DNA of 32,000 nucleotides, from positions 2,130,001 to 2,162,000 of the forward strand of contig NC_014729.1 in assembly GCF_000172995.2 (NCBI RefSeq). The letters are read 5' to 3'. The stretch is from Halogeometricum borinquense DSM 11551. Lineage in GTDB: Archaea; Halobacteriota; Halobacteria; Halobacteriales; Haloferacaceae. Both the position numbers and the translations under genes were made by a program. Within the stretch, counting starts at the first letter, position 1; each line of letters begins with the position of its first letter. The notes under the pieces were generated by a model. It was not told the origin of the DNA. It ran no database searches and saw nothing but the letters and a program-made list of their open reading frames with translations. Below, piece after piece: positions 7,542 through 16,593 of the stretch.

Positions 7542-9202
7542 TGGCTCCGTCGAGACGACCGACCGTCGCAGGGTGGCCCGCAGACGTGGCGATTATCGCC
7601 CGAGACGTGGGATCGCTTCTCGCGCTGGAGTCGGCGCTCATGACCGTCTCCGTCCTCGTTGCACTCGTCTTCCAAGAGTGGTACGTCGCCTTCGCCTTCT
7701 TTACCGCAGGCGGCGTGACGGCGGCGTTCGGACTCGGCGCGCGCGTCGCCTTCGAGGACGCTCCCGACCCGCGGATGAAGCACGGAATGATCATCGCCGC
7801 GGCCGGGTGGCTGATGACCGCCGTGTTCGGGTCTCTCCCGTTTCTGTTCACGGCGTACTTCCTCCCGCCCGAGGTCGCGGCGTCGTACGTCCCGGCGGGC
7901 GTAGACTACGCGACATCCAGCATCCAGTATTTCCGTAACCCCTTGCACGCCCTGTTCGAGAGCATGAGCGGGTGGACCGGCAGTGGGTTGACGATGGCCG
8001 TCAACGAACCATCGCTCCCGCGCGCCATTCAGTGGTGGCGCTCGCTCATCCAGTGGGTCGGCGGCGTGGGCGTCATCGTCCTCACCGTCTCCATCCTCGC
8101 CCGCCCCGGAAGCGGGAGTTACGCGCTCTATCGCTCGGAAGCGCGTGAGGAGAAGATTCACCCGAGCGTCGTCTCGACGGTGCGAACGGTGTGGAAGATT
8201 TTCGTCGGCTACACGCTCGTCTCCGTCACCGTCCTCTTCGTTGCGATCCGCCTTTCGGACTACGGGTCGTCGCTCCCGCTGTGGGAGGCCGGCTGGCAGG
8301 CGCTCAACCACGCGATGACGGGCCTCTCGACGGGAGGGTTCTCGGTCACGAACAACTCTATTACGACCTACGACTCGCCCCTCATCGAATTCGTCCTCCT
8401 CCCGGTGATGAGCCTCGGGGCTATCGCTTTCCCCGTCCACTACGTCGTCCTGCGCGACAGAGATTTCTCTGAACTTCTCGGGGACTTGCAGACGCAGTGG
8501 CTTCTCATCGCCTTCATCGTCGGTGTTGTCGTCCTCGGCATCCAGAACGTGGTGTCGATTCCGTTCACCACCAAGGCGTTCGAAGGTGGCGCCAACTGGC
8601 TGGGTATCGGCTCACTCATCAACCCGGTCGTCGCCGACGCTTTCCGGGACTCAACGTTCCAGTGGATTAGTGCGCTCTCGTGTACGGGCTTTCAGTCCGC
8701 ACCGATTGGCAAGTGGTCGGCAGGCGGGAAACTCATCCTCTCGGGCGCGATGGTCATCGGCGGTGCGGCGGGGTCCACCGTCGGCGGCATCAAAATCATC
8801 CGCGCATACACGATCAGCCGCGGAATCGCGTGGCAGTTCCGTCGCGTGTTCCTGCCCGCAAATACCGTCGTCAGTATCCAGATGGACGGCCGCCGCTTGG
8901 ATCGCACCGAGATGGAACGGGAGTTCAGCGAGGCGGCCATCGTCTCGTTGCTGTGGGTCATTCTGCTGGTCGTCTCCAGTCTACTTCTCGTTAACCTCGC
9001 CGGTCCGAACTTCACCTATGCGGACGCGCTGTTCGAGGTGGCCTCCGCACAGGGCAACGTCGGTCTCTCGACTGGTATCACCGGCCCGACGATGAACCCG
9101 CTTGCTGAGGGGATGTTCCTCCTGAACATGTGGGTCGGTCGGCTGGAGATCATCCCGATTCTCGTGTTCGCGCGGGCAATCCTGTACGGTCTGGAACCCT
9201 GA
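7541..9202 (+). CDS. trkH: Trk-type potassium transporter membrane subunit TrkH
   Basis: 553-aa polytopic membrane protein with repeated selectivity-filter-like MSGWTGSGL / TGLSTGGFS / LSCTGFQS / GNVGLSTG motifs. Coupled to trkA. Confidence 0.9.
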   Translation: MAPSRRPTVAGWPADVAIIARDVGSLLALESALMTVSVLVALVFQEWYVAFAFFTAGGVTAAFGLGARVAFEDAPDPRMKHGMIIAAAGWLMTAVFGSLPFLFTAYFLPPEVAASYVPAGVDYATSSIQYFRNPLHALFESMSGWTGSGLTMAVNEPSLPRAIQWWRSLIQWVGGVGVIVLTVSILARPGSGSYALYRSEAREEKIHPSVVSTVRTVWKIFVGYTLVSVTVLFVAIRLSDYGSSLPLWEAGWQALNHAMTGLSTGGFSVTNNSITTYDSPLIEFVLLPVMSLGAIAFPVHYVVLRDRDFSELLGDLQTQWLLIAFIVGVVVLGIQNVVSIPFTTKAFEGGANWLGIGSLINPVVADAFRDSTFQWISALSCTGFQSAPIGKWSAGGKLILSGAMVIGGAAGSTVGGIKIIRAYTISRGIAWQFRRVFLPANTVVSIQMDGRRLDRTEMEREFSEAAIVSLLWVILLVVSSLLLVNLAGPNFTYADALFEVASAQGNVGLSTGITGPTMNPLAEGMFLLNMWVGRLEIIPILVFARAILYGLEP

Positions 9203-9246
9203 TAGCTACTAGATTTCTTTACCCAATAGACCGTATTTGGAACGGT

Positions 9247-9984
9247 ATGCGCCCCAAAACGTGCGTCGTCACCGGATCGTCGAACGGAATCGGTCGTGGA
9301 ATCGCCGAACGGTTCGGCGAAGAGGGGTGTAATGTGGTGGTCAATTACCGATCCTCGAAGGAGGCGGCCGAAGAAGCCGTCGAGACGGTCGAAGCGTCAG
9401 GTGGATCGGCTATCGCGGTGCAGGCCGACGTGACCGACATCGAGCAGGTCGAGCAGATGCGCGAGGCGGCCCACGAGGCGTTCGGTCAGGTAGACGTGCT
9501 CGTGAACAATGCCGGAATCAACCAAGACGTACTGTTCAAGGAGATGTCCCACGAGGAATGGGACGTCGTTCTCGACGTCCACCTCGACGGAGCCTTCCAC
9601 TGTACGCAGGTGTTCTACGACGACTTAGTGGACGCCGAGCAGGGGCGGCTCATCAACATCTCCAGCATCGTCGGAAAGGGCGGTAATTTCGGGCAGGCGA
9701 ACTACGCGACGGCCAAGGCAGGCATCTTCGGATTCACGCGGACGCTCGCACTCGAACTCGCCCGCGAAGGCACGACCGCAAACTGCGTCGCACCCGGATT
9801 CATCTCGACTCGGATGGTCGAAGAACTCCCGGAGAAAGTCAAAGAGCGCATCCGAAACGACACGCCGCTCGGCCGACTCGGAACCGTCAAAGAAGTCGCA
9901 GAGGTTGTCGCCTTCCTCGCAAGCGACCGCTCGTCGTTCATCACCGGCGAGATCATCGACATCAACGGCGGAAAAGACTTATAA
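9247..9984 (+). CDS. Short-chain dehydrogenase/reductase, FabG / acetoacetyl-CoA-reductase-like
   Basis: TGSSNGIGRG cofactor motif, NNAG, catalytic YATAKAG (YxxxK), PGFI. The start is trimmed to the ATG at 9247. Confidence 0.85.
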   Translation: MRPKTCVVTGSSNGIGRGIAERFGEEGCNVVVNYRSSKEAAEEAVETVEASGGSAIAVQADVTDIEQVEQMREAAHEAFGQVDVLVNNAGINQDVLFKEMSHEEWDVVLDVHLDGAFHCTQVFYDDLVDAEQGRLINISSIVGKGGNFGQANYATAKAGIFGFTRTLALELAREGTTANCVAPGFISTRMVEELPEKVKERIRNDTPLGRLGTVKEVAEVVAFLASDRSSFITGEIIDINGGKDL

Positions 9985-10009
9985 ATCCGCTTTCGACACG
10001 CGGCCGTCT

Positions 10010-11614
10010 TCACCGCCGCCAGTACTCCGGTGTCAGGAGGACGAGAACGGGAAGAATCTCCAGTCGTCCGATCCACATCAAGACGACCATGAACAGTTTC
10101 CCCGCGTCGGAGAAGGCGAGGTAACTACCCATCGGGCCGACAGTTCCGAATCCCGGCCCGACGTTTCCGAGCGTCGCGGCGACAGCGGACATCGTTTCTA
10201 AGACCGAAAGCGACTGTCCGTACCGCGAGGCGTCTATGAAGAGCAGTCCGGAGGCGACGAAGAAGATGACCAAATAGAGCAAGGTAAAGGCGTAGATACC
10301 GCGAATCGCGCGTTCATCGAGCGCGCGGCCGCCGAGTCTGACGGGTCGAACGGCGTCGGGGTGTGCAGTGGTGAACAGTTCCCGGCGGATGGACTTCAGG
10401 ATGACGTACCAGCGGACAATCTTCACGGCACCGCCAGTCGAACCCGCTGATCCGCCGATGAACATGGCGAACAGGAGGATGTACTGAGCGACTGGACTCC
10501 ATGCGTTGAAGTCCATACTCGCGTACCCGGTCGTCGTCACGATGGAGACGACTTGGAACACCGCCTGCCGTACCGAAGGCTCGATCTGTCCGGCGATGTC
10601 ACCGACGTACTGTCCGAGGTCCATCGCACTGAACGTCGATTGGGTGGGGACCGCCTGAACGAACCCCGCGCCCGTAAACAGGAGAACCGACAGGACGGCG
10701 GTAATCGTCGCGATCACACCGATATAAAAGCGGAACTCGGAGTCCTCGAAGATGTGTCGCGGATCGCCCGTGAGTGCGTGCCAAAAGAGTGCGAAGTTCG
10801 TCCCGGCGGCAACCATGAACGGGATGATGATCCACTGTGCCGCCGCGGAGAACGCTTCGATGCTCTTCGCTTCGGGTGAGAATCCGCCCGTCGGCATCGT
10901 CGTCAGGGCGTGCGCGACGGCGTTGTACAGCGTCATGTTCGGATCGATCTGGAGGACGCCTAGCCCGAACAGCAGCGTAGCTTCGAGGACGGTGAAACCG
11001 AGATACGCACCCCAAAGCGCGCGGGCCGTCTGTGCGATTCGCGGCGTCAGTTTCTCGATGCCAGGTCCGGGCGCTTCGGCGTCCATCAACTGCGCACCGC
11101 CGACGGAGAGTTCCGGAAGGATGGCGACGGCAAGGACGACGATACCCATCCCGCCCAGCCACTGGGTTAACTGTCGCCACATCATGATACCGCGAGTGTG
11201 CGTCTGGAACGAGATGTCACCGAGAACCGTCGCGCCGGTCGTCGTAAACCCGCTCATGCTCTCGAACAGGGCGTTTGCGGGATTGGCGAGCGTCGAATCC
11301 GGATGAATTGCCGGAACGACCGGTGGGAGACCGAGCGCCTCTACGAGGTACGGAATCGCGCCGACGACGGTGACAGCGAACCACGTCGCAGCAACCATGA
11401 GAAATCCCTCGCGGGCACGGATGTCCGGGTCCGGTTCCAGCCGTTCCAGTGCCGTGCCAAGAACGACAGTAACGGCAATCGTAACGACGAACGGAATCAC
11501 CGTCTCGTCGTAGTAGAGGGCCACGAGAAGGGGAACAAACAACGGGACTGCGAGATATTTGAGGACAGTCCCGACGAGACTGAGACTCGCTCGATAATCG
11601 ACACGTAGCTTCAT
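10010..11614 (-). CDS. trkH: Trk-type potassium transporter membrane subunit TrkH (second copy)
   Basis: 534-aa polytopic protein with MSGFTTTGAT, TMPTGGFS, TTTGYAS and GNVGPGFG filter-like motifs. Lies downstream of a trkA on the same strand. Confidence 0.9.
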   Translation of the reverse strand: MKLRVDYRASLSLVGTVLKYLAVPLFVPLLVALYYDETVIPFVVTIAVTVVLGTALERLEPDPDIRAREGFLMVAATWFAVTVVGAIPYLVEALGLPPVVPAIHPDSTLANPANALFESMSGFTTTGATVLGDISFQTHTRGIMMWRQLTQWLGGMGIVVLAVAILPELSVGGAQLMDAEAPGPGIEKLTPRIAQTARALWGAYLGFTVLEATLLFGLGVLQIDPNMTLYNAVAHALTTMPTGGFSPEAKSIEAFSAAAQWIIIPFMVAAGTNFALFWHALTGDPRHIFEDSEFRFYIGVIATITAVLSVLLFTGAGFVQAVPTQSTFSAMDLGQYVGDIAGQIEPSVRQAVFQVVSIVTTTGYASMDFNAWSPVAQYILLFAMFIGGSAGSTGGAVKIVRWYVILKSIRRELFTTAHPDAVRPVRLGGRALDERAIRGIYAFTLLYLVIFFVASGLLFIDASRYGQSLSVLETMSAVAATLGNVGPGFGTVGPMGSYLAFSDAGKLFMVVLMWIGRLEILPVLVLLTPEYWRR

Positions 11615-11702
11615 CTGAGGGGTGTCTCCGTTCTCACGCGCCGTGGTGTATTACTTTACGGAACGAAACTCGGGTAGTGACGGTTAAATAACATTTCTGA
11701 GG

Positions 11703-13040
11703 TCACAGTTGGGGCGTCACATCGCCGGCGACGGAGGCGTCAACGAAGAGGACAACATGGTCGCCCACCTCAACGACGGTGTTCCCGCGCGGAGTGATGA
11801 ACTCGCGGTTGCGGGTGATTGCACCGACGACAATGCCGTCGGGGAGTTCGGGAACGGACTCACGGATCTCCCGGCCTGCGAGGATACTGTCGTCGTCAAC
11901 CTCGATTTCGAGCACTTCCGCCTTGTCAGACTCGATGAGTGCGATGTTCTCCGCGCCGCCTTCGCGTGTGAAGCGCGTTATCTCCTCTGCGACGACTTCG
12001 CGTGGGCTCACACCCACATCGACGCCGACGGCCTCGAACAGGTCAACGTACTCCGTGGTGTCGATGACGGCGACAGTGCGTTCGACGCCGAGCCGTGCGG
12101 CCAGGAGGGACACGAGAAGGTTCTTCTCGTCGGATTCGAGCGCCGCGACCACCAAGTCGGCGTCGCCGATGTGTTCGCGTTCGAGGAACTCCATGTCGGT
12201 CGCATCGGACTCCATCACCACCGTGTCTGGGAGTTGTTCAGCGAGTTTGCGCGCCCGCTCACCATCACGTTCGATGAGCCGCGGACGGAACCCGCGCTCC
12301 TCCAGTAGCCGAGCAACGTGATAGCCGACTTCGGAGCCGCCGACGATGACGACTTCCTCTGCGGTTCCCGGAGACTCGTCGGGTGCGACCGACCGCGCGA
12401 ACTCTTGGACGCTTCGCGGAGTCCCGATGACGACGACGCGGTCGCCCGGTTGGATGACGGTCTGGCCGCGGGGAATCTCGACAGCCCCGTTACGGAGAAC
12501 CGCAGCGAAGGTGAGGGCCTCGAACCGGTCGGCTTCGCGGATGGTGACGTTCGAGACGGGACTGTTCTCGGCCACCTGGAACTCCGCCATCTGTACCTGC
12601 CCGCCGGCGAACGGGTCCACGTCACGGGCCGCTGGCAGTCCGATGATACGGACGATGGACTCGGCGGCGAGGAGGTTCGTACACACCATAAAGTCGATTC
12701 CGAACGCTTTCTTCGAGCGTTGCCACGTCCGGAGATACTCGGTGTTCTTGACGCGGGCGATGGTGAACGCATCGCTGATCGCTTTGGCCGTCGAACAGAC
12801 GACGATGTTCGTCTCGTCGTTGTCGGTCGAAGCGATGACCATGTCGGCATCGGCGATGCCTGCTTCCTCAAGCGTCGAAACGGCGGTCCCGTCGCCAGAG
12901 ATCCCGAGTACGTCGAGCGAGTAGTTCATCTCCTCGACACGTTCTGGATCTCGGTCGATGACGACGACTTCGTGAGCGTCGTCGAGATCAGCCGCGATGC
13001 TCGACCCGACTTGTCCCGCGCCGACGATGACTACTCGCAT
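11703..13040 (-). CDS. trkA: Trk system NAD-binding subunit TrkA (tandem TrkA-N/TrkA-C x2 architecture)
   Basis: Two Rossmann motifs (VVIVGAGQVGSSIA and VVIVGGSEVGYHVA), each followed by a TrkA-C-like segment. The start is trimmed to the ATG at 13040 (MRVVIVGAG), because the 67-aa upstream extension in the track looks non-coding. Confidence 0.9.
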   Translation of the reverse strand: MRVVIVGAGQVGSSIAADLDDAHEVVVIDRDPERVEEMNYSLDVLGISGDGTAVSTLEEAGIADADMVIASTDNDETNIVVCSTAKAISDAFTIARVKNTEYLRTWQRSKKAFGIDFMVCTNLLAAESIVRIIGLPAARDVDPFAGGQVQMAEFQVAENSPVSNVTIREADRFEALTFAAVLRNGAVEIPRGQTVIQPGDRVVVIGTPRSVQEFARSVAPDESPGTAEEVVIVGGSEVGYHVARLLEERGFRPRLIERDGERARKLAEQLPDTVVMESDATDMEFLEREHIGDADLVVAALESDEKNLLVSLLAARLGVERTVAVIDTTEYVDLFEAVGVDVGVSPREVVAEEITRFTREGGAENIALIESDKAEVLEIEVDDDSILAGREIRESVPELPDGIVVGAITRNREFITPRGNTVVEVGDHVVLFVDASVAGDVTPQL

Positions 13041-13184
13041 CGGTGTCCCTCTCGGCGTACCATGCCTGTGAGCGATTGCGAGCGGACTGGTATTCTTCTT
13101 TCGACATCGGCCTCGCACGTTCAGCGAATGTGATGTGTTAGTACCAAAAAGGATATCAGCTGAGTTACAGCACCTCGTACTGTT

Positions 13185-13946
13185 ATGGATCTCAACTGGG
13201 ACCGTCTCTCGCATGTGACGAAAATCGACCCAGCTGAACACGTTCCGAACGACCTCGAACTTCTCGACGGGACTGACCTCGTTATCGTGGGCGGCTCGGA
13301 CGGTGTAACTGCCGAGAACACGCTCGATGCAGTACAGAAAGTCAAATCACAGTTTCCGGATCTTCCGGTACTTCAAGAACCGTACCGCTCCTCACACGTC
13401 TCCTCGAAAACGGTCGATACGGTAGATTATCTCTCCGTCCCCGCCGTGTTCAACGGTGACGACGCCCACTTTGTCAGAAAACACGTCGAACTGTTCACTG
13501 AAGCTGCCAGCAAGCCCGACGAGGTCACCGGGTCGGGGCTGCCGGTCGTCGGAGACGCGATTTCCTCGAAGGCACGAGAGGCCGTGTCAGAACTCGCAAC
13601 GAAGATCATCGGCGAAGGATACGTCATCCAAAACTGCGATTCGAAGGCGGCCGCCGTTTCCGGCGTCGAGACGCCGTACACCACAGAAGAGGTTGCCGGT
13701 GCGGCGCTTGCGGCCGAGTCGTTCTACGGATTCCCGATATTCTACATCGAGTACTCCGGGACGTACGGCGGGCCAACGGATGTTGCGGCCGCATCGCAGT
13801 ATCTCGACGAGACGGTGCTTCTCTACGGTGGCGGCATCGAGACGCACGAACAGACAGCAGAGATACTGGATGCGGGTGCCGACGCCGTCGTCGTCGGTGA
13901 TTGTTTTCACGACGACCCCGAGCAGTATCGGCAGACGATTCCGTGA
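13185..13946 (+). CDS. Geranylgeranylglyceryl phosphate synthase (phosphoglycerol geranylgeranyltransferase, PcrB/GGGPS family)
   Basis: HVTKIDP, GGSDGVT, YIEYSG, YGGGI and GADAVVVG motifs characteristic of archaeal GGGPS TIM-barrel enzymes. Confidence 0.8.
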   Translation: MDLNWDRLSHVTKIDPAEHVPNDLELLDGTDLVIVGGSDGVTAENTLDAVQKVKSQFPDLPVLQEPYRSSHVSSKTVDTVDYLSVPAVFNGDDAHFVRKHVELFTEAASKPDEVTGSGLPVVGDAISSKAREAVSELATKIIGEGYVIQNCDSKAAAVSGVETPYTTEEVAGAALAAESFYGFPIFYIEYSGTYGGPTDVAAASQYLDETVLLYGGGIETHEQTAEILDAGADAVVVGDCFHDDPEQYRQTIP

Positions 13947-13962
13947 GACGACAGCGTCCGTA

Positions 13963-14520
13963 TCACACAGTCCGACGTTCGACGGTCAACTCGACGGAGC
14001 GGCGACGCCCCTCTAAGTCCTCGACGATGCGCTCGACAATTCGTTCGGCTTCCGTCTGAAGCGCCGGTTTCAACTTGTCGATCACCCACCCGAACGAGAC
14101 GAACCGCGGGAGATTGATGGAGTCTTTGTCGGCCGAATCGGCGTCGTACGACACCTCGAAGAAGACGCGGCAGGCCGTCTCTGCGTCGTTCGGAGCGGCA
14201 TCTGGCAGTGTGTCGAGTGCTTCAACGCGCCACCGTCCGTGAGCGTGAATGTCTTTGACGATTTGCCATTCGATGCGGTTCGGCGGCTCGAGTTCGGTTA
14301 CCTCTGAGTGTGCTGTGTAGGTGAGCTTCCACCACGAGAAGTGCAGGGCGTACCGCGTGCCCGACCCGCCGTCGCCGCGTTGGGTGACATCTTGGAGGTG
14401 CTTCGAGTAGTTCGCATAGCGGGGGAAATCCACGAGGAAGTCGTACACGTCCTCGGTCGGGAGGTACACGACGGTGCTAACGACGATTTCGTCCACGAGA
14501 CGCGGGTTCGGTGGCCGCAA
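13963..14520 (-). CDS. SRPBCC (START / polyketide cyclase-dehydrase-like) family protein
   Basis: About 180 aa with a pattern typical of SRPBCC ligand-binding proteins (VVSTVVYLP...VYDFLVDFPRYANY...IEWQIV). The start is uncertain: TTG at 14520 or in-frame GTG at 14496. Confidence 0.6.
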   Translation of the reverse strand: MRPPNPRLVDEIVVSTVVYLPTEDVYDFLVDFPRYANYSKHLQDVTQRGDGGSGTRYALHFSWWKLTYTAHSEVTELEPPNRIEWQIVKDIHAHGRWRVEALDTLPDAAPNDAETACRVFFEVSYDADSADKDSINLPRFVSFGWVIDKLKPALQTEAERIVERIVEDLEGRRRSVELTVERRTV

Positions 14521-14673
14521 CCAAAGCCTTGTGGGGAACGCCCGAAGACGTGTTTTCTCATCTTGTGATCTGTTTGGAATTTATGATATAGCTACGTATT
14601 GATTCATTTCACCGCTGAAAACCGATATTATATCAGAAAGTACTTCTCGGTGACAGCAAACGGTCCAGTCGGA

Positions 14674-15597
14674 ATGGTTGGAGGGACACTTCGGGAAATC
14701 CGTTCCCGAGTGCGGGGGTTGTCAGTGCCGACTGGGCCGTACGCTGTGATCTGTACCCGAACAGGACGCGAACCGATCCCCTTGACCGGGATGCGATTCG
14801 ACTCCCGAGATGACGCAGAACATGCGGCAGACGCTGCGAAAGACTACCGTTCGGCACTCCGACGGTACGATCCACAAGTACTGCAGCACGAATCAGAGAT
14901 ACGAAACGTGGCCGATGCCGACGAAACACCGCGACTGTCAGCGACCCACGACAGAGCAGTCCGACTGCCTGCCGACGCCGACCCTCGGACGTACTATCTC
15001 TCGTTCTGCCACGACGTGTCCGGCGCAGTGTTCGAGGCTCTCACGGAGACGGGCTATCGGACCGTCGAATCCGCCGCGATGGAGACCTATCTGACGCTGG
15101 CGGAGGTCGTCACCGAACAGGACGACTTCTGTCTCACGTTGTTGTGGAGCGTGATGAGCGAACTCGACGTTCGACTCGACGCGTCTCGACAACGGCGTGT
15201 CGTCTCCGCCGCCGCATCGTTGCTCGCCGGGCCGAGCGATGGTGCGTTCCTCGCAGAACCGACGGTCGAATCCGCTCTCGAAGCGACGATGACGCGCCTC
15301 AACCGAGCGTCGTTCGTCGGCGAGTTCGACATCGCAGTGTGTTCCAGCGATGAGGCGTGGGAGGTGACGTTCGCCGGGTACTCTCTCGCCGAGCGAACCG
15401 GCCGACTGCCGACGCTTCCGGTAGCCGTCGATCTGATTCGCCGACTCCCGGACGATGTGGTCTCTTTCACCGAGGCGACACCGCTCGCAAACTCACGATG
15501 GCGAGTCCGCGTCGAGCGCGATAGCGAACCGACTGGACTCGTCAGCCTCGATGCCACGGACGAGAGCAGATTGAACGATACCGACTACCGGATCTAA
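14674..15597 (+). CDS. Hypothetical protein (acidic, no recognisable motifs)
   Basis: Long ORF with haloarchaeal coding composition. The track start at 14599 is TTG inside an AT-rich promoter-like region. ATG at 14674 or GTG at 14650 are more plausible starts. Confidence 0.5.
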   Translation: MVGGTLREIRSRVRGLSVPTGPYAVICTRTGREPIPLTGMRFDSRDDAEHAADAAKDYRSALRRYDPQVLQHESEIRNVADADETPRLSATHDRAVRLPADADPRTYYLSFCHDVSGAVFEALTETGYRTVESAAMETYLTLAEVVTEQDDFCLTLLWSVMSELDVRLDASRQRRVVSAAASLLAGPSDGAFLAEPTVESALEATMTRLNRASFVGEFDIAVCSSDEAWEVTFAGYSLAERTGRLPTLPVAVDLIRRLPDDVVSFTEATPLANSRWRVRVERDSEPTGLVSLDATDESRLNDTDYRI

Positions 15598-15656
15598 GCG
15601 AACGCACCGACTACCGGGCCTAAGCGAACGCATCGGCTACTGTCTCTAACTCGCCC
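15581..15656. repeat. Tandem 26-bp direct repeat: two near-identical copies plus a degenerate third
   Basis: ccgactaccggatctaagcgaacgca (15581..15606) and ccgactaccgggcctaagcgaacgca (15607..15632), then the degenerate tcggctactgtctctaactcgccc. Copy 1 contains the stop codon of the upstream ORF. Confidence 0.85.
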
Positions 15657-15698
15657 TAGACCGACGGACTCATCGTCAATAGTGCGGTACGGCCCGGT

Positions 15699-16511
15699 AT
15701 GGAATTCCCCAACTCAACCGACGTACTCGTCGTTGGTGGCGGTGTCGCTGGACTCACCGCCGCGACGTTCACCGCCCGCGCCGGACTGGATACCCTCGTC
15801 GTCAACGACGGTGAGAGTATTCTGAACCGCAACGCGCACTTGGAGAATATTCCCGGCTTCCCCGCAGGAGTGAACGCACGTCTATTCGGAGACTTACTTG
15901 ACGAGCAGGCGAGCCGAAACGATGTTACTCAACGCGAGGGGCGCGTCGTCTCTATCGAACGGACTGACGAGGCGAACGGTGCAGAGACAGAACACGATGC
16001 CGATGGGGAGGACGCGTGGTTCGTTGCGTCCGTCGAAACCGACGGGACGGTCGAGACGGTCCGAACTCGGTTCATCGTCGCCGCATCGTGGTCCGACGCG
16101 GACTACCTCGACGAACTCGATGTAACGATACGCGATGCCGGGAGCAAACGCTACGTAGACGTAGACGAATGCGGCCGAACCAGCGTCGAAGGCGTCTACG
16201 CCGCCGGACGACTCACTGAGAAGTACCATCAGGCCGTCGTCGCCGCCGGTCACGGTGCAGAGGTCGCCCTGACCCTCATCCACGACAGCGACGTGGCGTA
16301 CTACCACGATTGGGTCACGCCGGAGGGCTATTTCACCGACCGGGAGCGCGAGGTCCCACCGGGATGCGAGGAGATCGACGCCGAGGAGCGTTCACGCCGG
16401 GAACAGGAGTCCCGCGAAGTCATGCGCGAGTACTTCGCTGATCCACATCCCGAACCACAACGAACCCATCCGAGCCTCGTAGACGACGAATTAGGCCGGT
16501 TGGACGAGTAG
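15699..16511 (+). CDS. FAD-dependent oxidoreductase related to thioredoxin reductase, lacking the NADPH domain and the CxxC redox centre
   Basis: N-terminal FAD dinucleotide motif VLVVGGGVAGLTAA and C-terminal GVYAAGRL motif. The segment between FIVAAS and the GVYAAG motif is too short for an NADPH domain. There is no CxxC anywhere. Confidence 0.6.
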   Translation: MEFPNSTDVLVVGGGVAGLTAATFTARAGLDTLVVNDGESILNRNAHLENIPGFPAGVNARLFGDLLDEQASRNDVTQREGRVVSIERTDEANGAETEHDADGEDAWFVASVETDGTVETVRTRFIVAASWSDADYLDELDVTIRDAGSKRYVDVDECGRTSVEGVYAAGRLTEKYHQAVVAAGHGAEVALTLIHDSDVAYYHDWVTPEGYFTDREREVPPGCEEIDAEERSRREQESREVMREYFADPHPEPQRTHPSLVDDELGRLDE

Positions 16512-16562
16512 GCTCTAACTGTCGGAAACGGCTGACTGCGGGTGACCCCGGACACCGGACAC

Positions 16563-16568
16563 TTTTAC
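16563..16568 (+). promoter_or_regulatory. TATA-like element (ttttac) about 28 nt upstream of the coaBC ATG
   Basis: cacTTTTACtcc in GC-rich context. The spacing is consistent with a leaderless transcript starting at 16594. Confidence 0.3.
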
Positions 16569-16593
16569 TCCGCAGGCTACGAAGCGCCCGACG

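Noticed and set aside
13041-13241. 67-codon upstream extension of the long trkA ORF
   Set aside because: The translation is Cys/Arg/His-rich, and the Rossmann fold of TrkA begins right at MRVVIVGAG. The extension also overlaps the GGGPS promoter and start region.
14298-14561. 87-aa minus-strand ORF whose ATG (14561) sits about 25 nt from a TATA-like element
   Set aside because: It is out of frame with and overlaps the SRPBCC gene, and its Arg/Ser/Thr-rich translation looks non-coding. The good TATA spacing may simply mark the TSS of a leadered SRPBCC mRNA. A frameshift error cannot be excluded without comparison to relatives.
15581-15656. CRISPR-like or mobile-element repeat
   Set aside because: There are only two to three directly abutting copies with no spacers, no terminal inverted repeats and no nearby cas or transposase genes. 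It is a simple tandem duplication.
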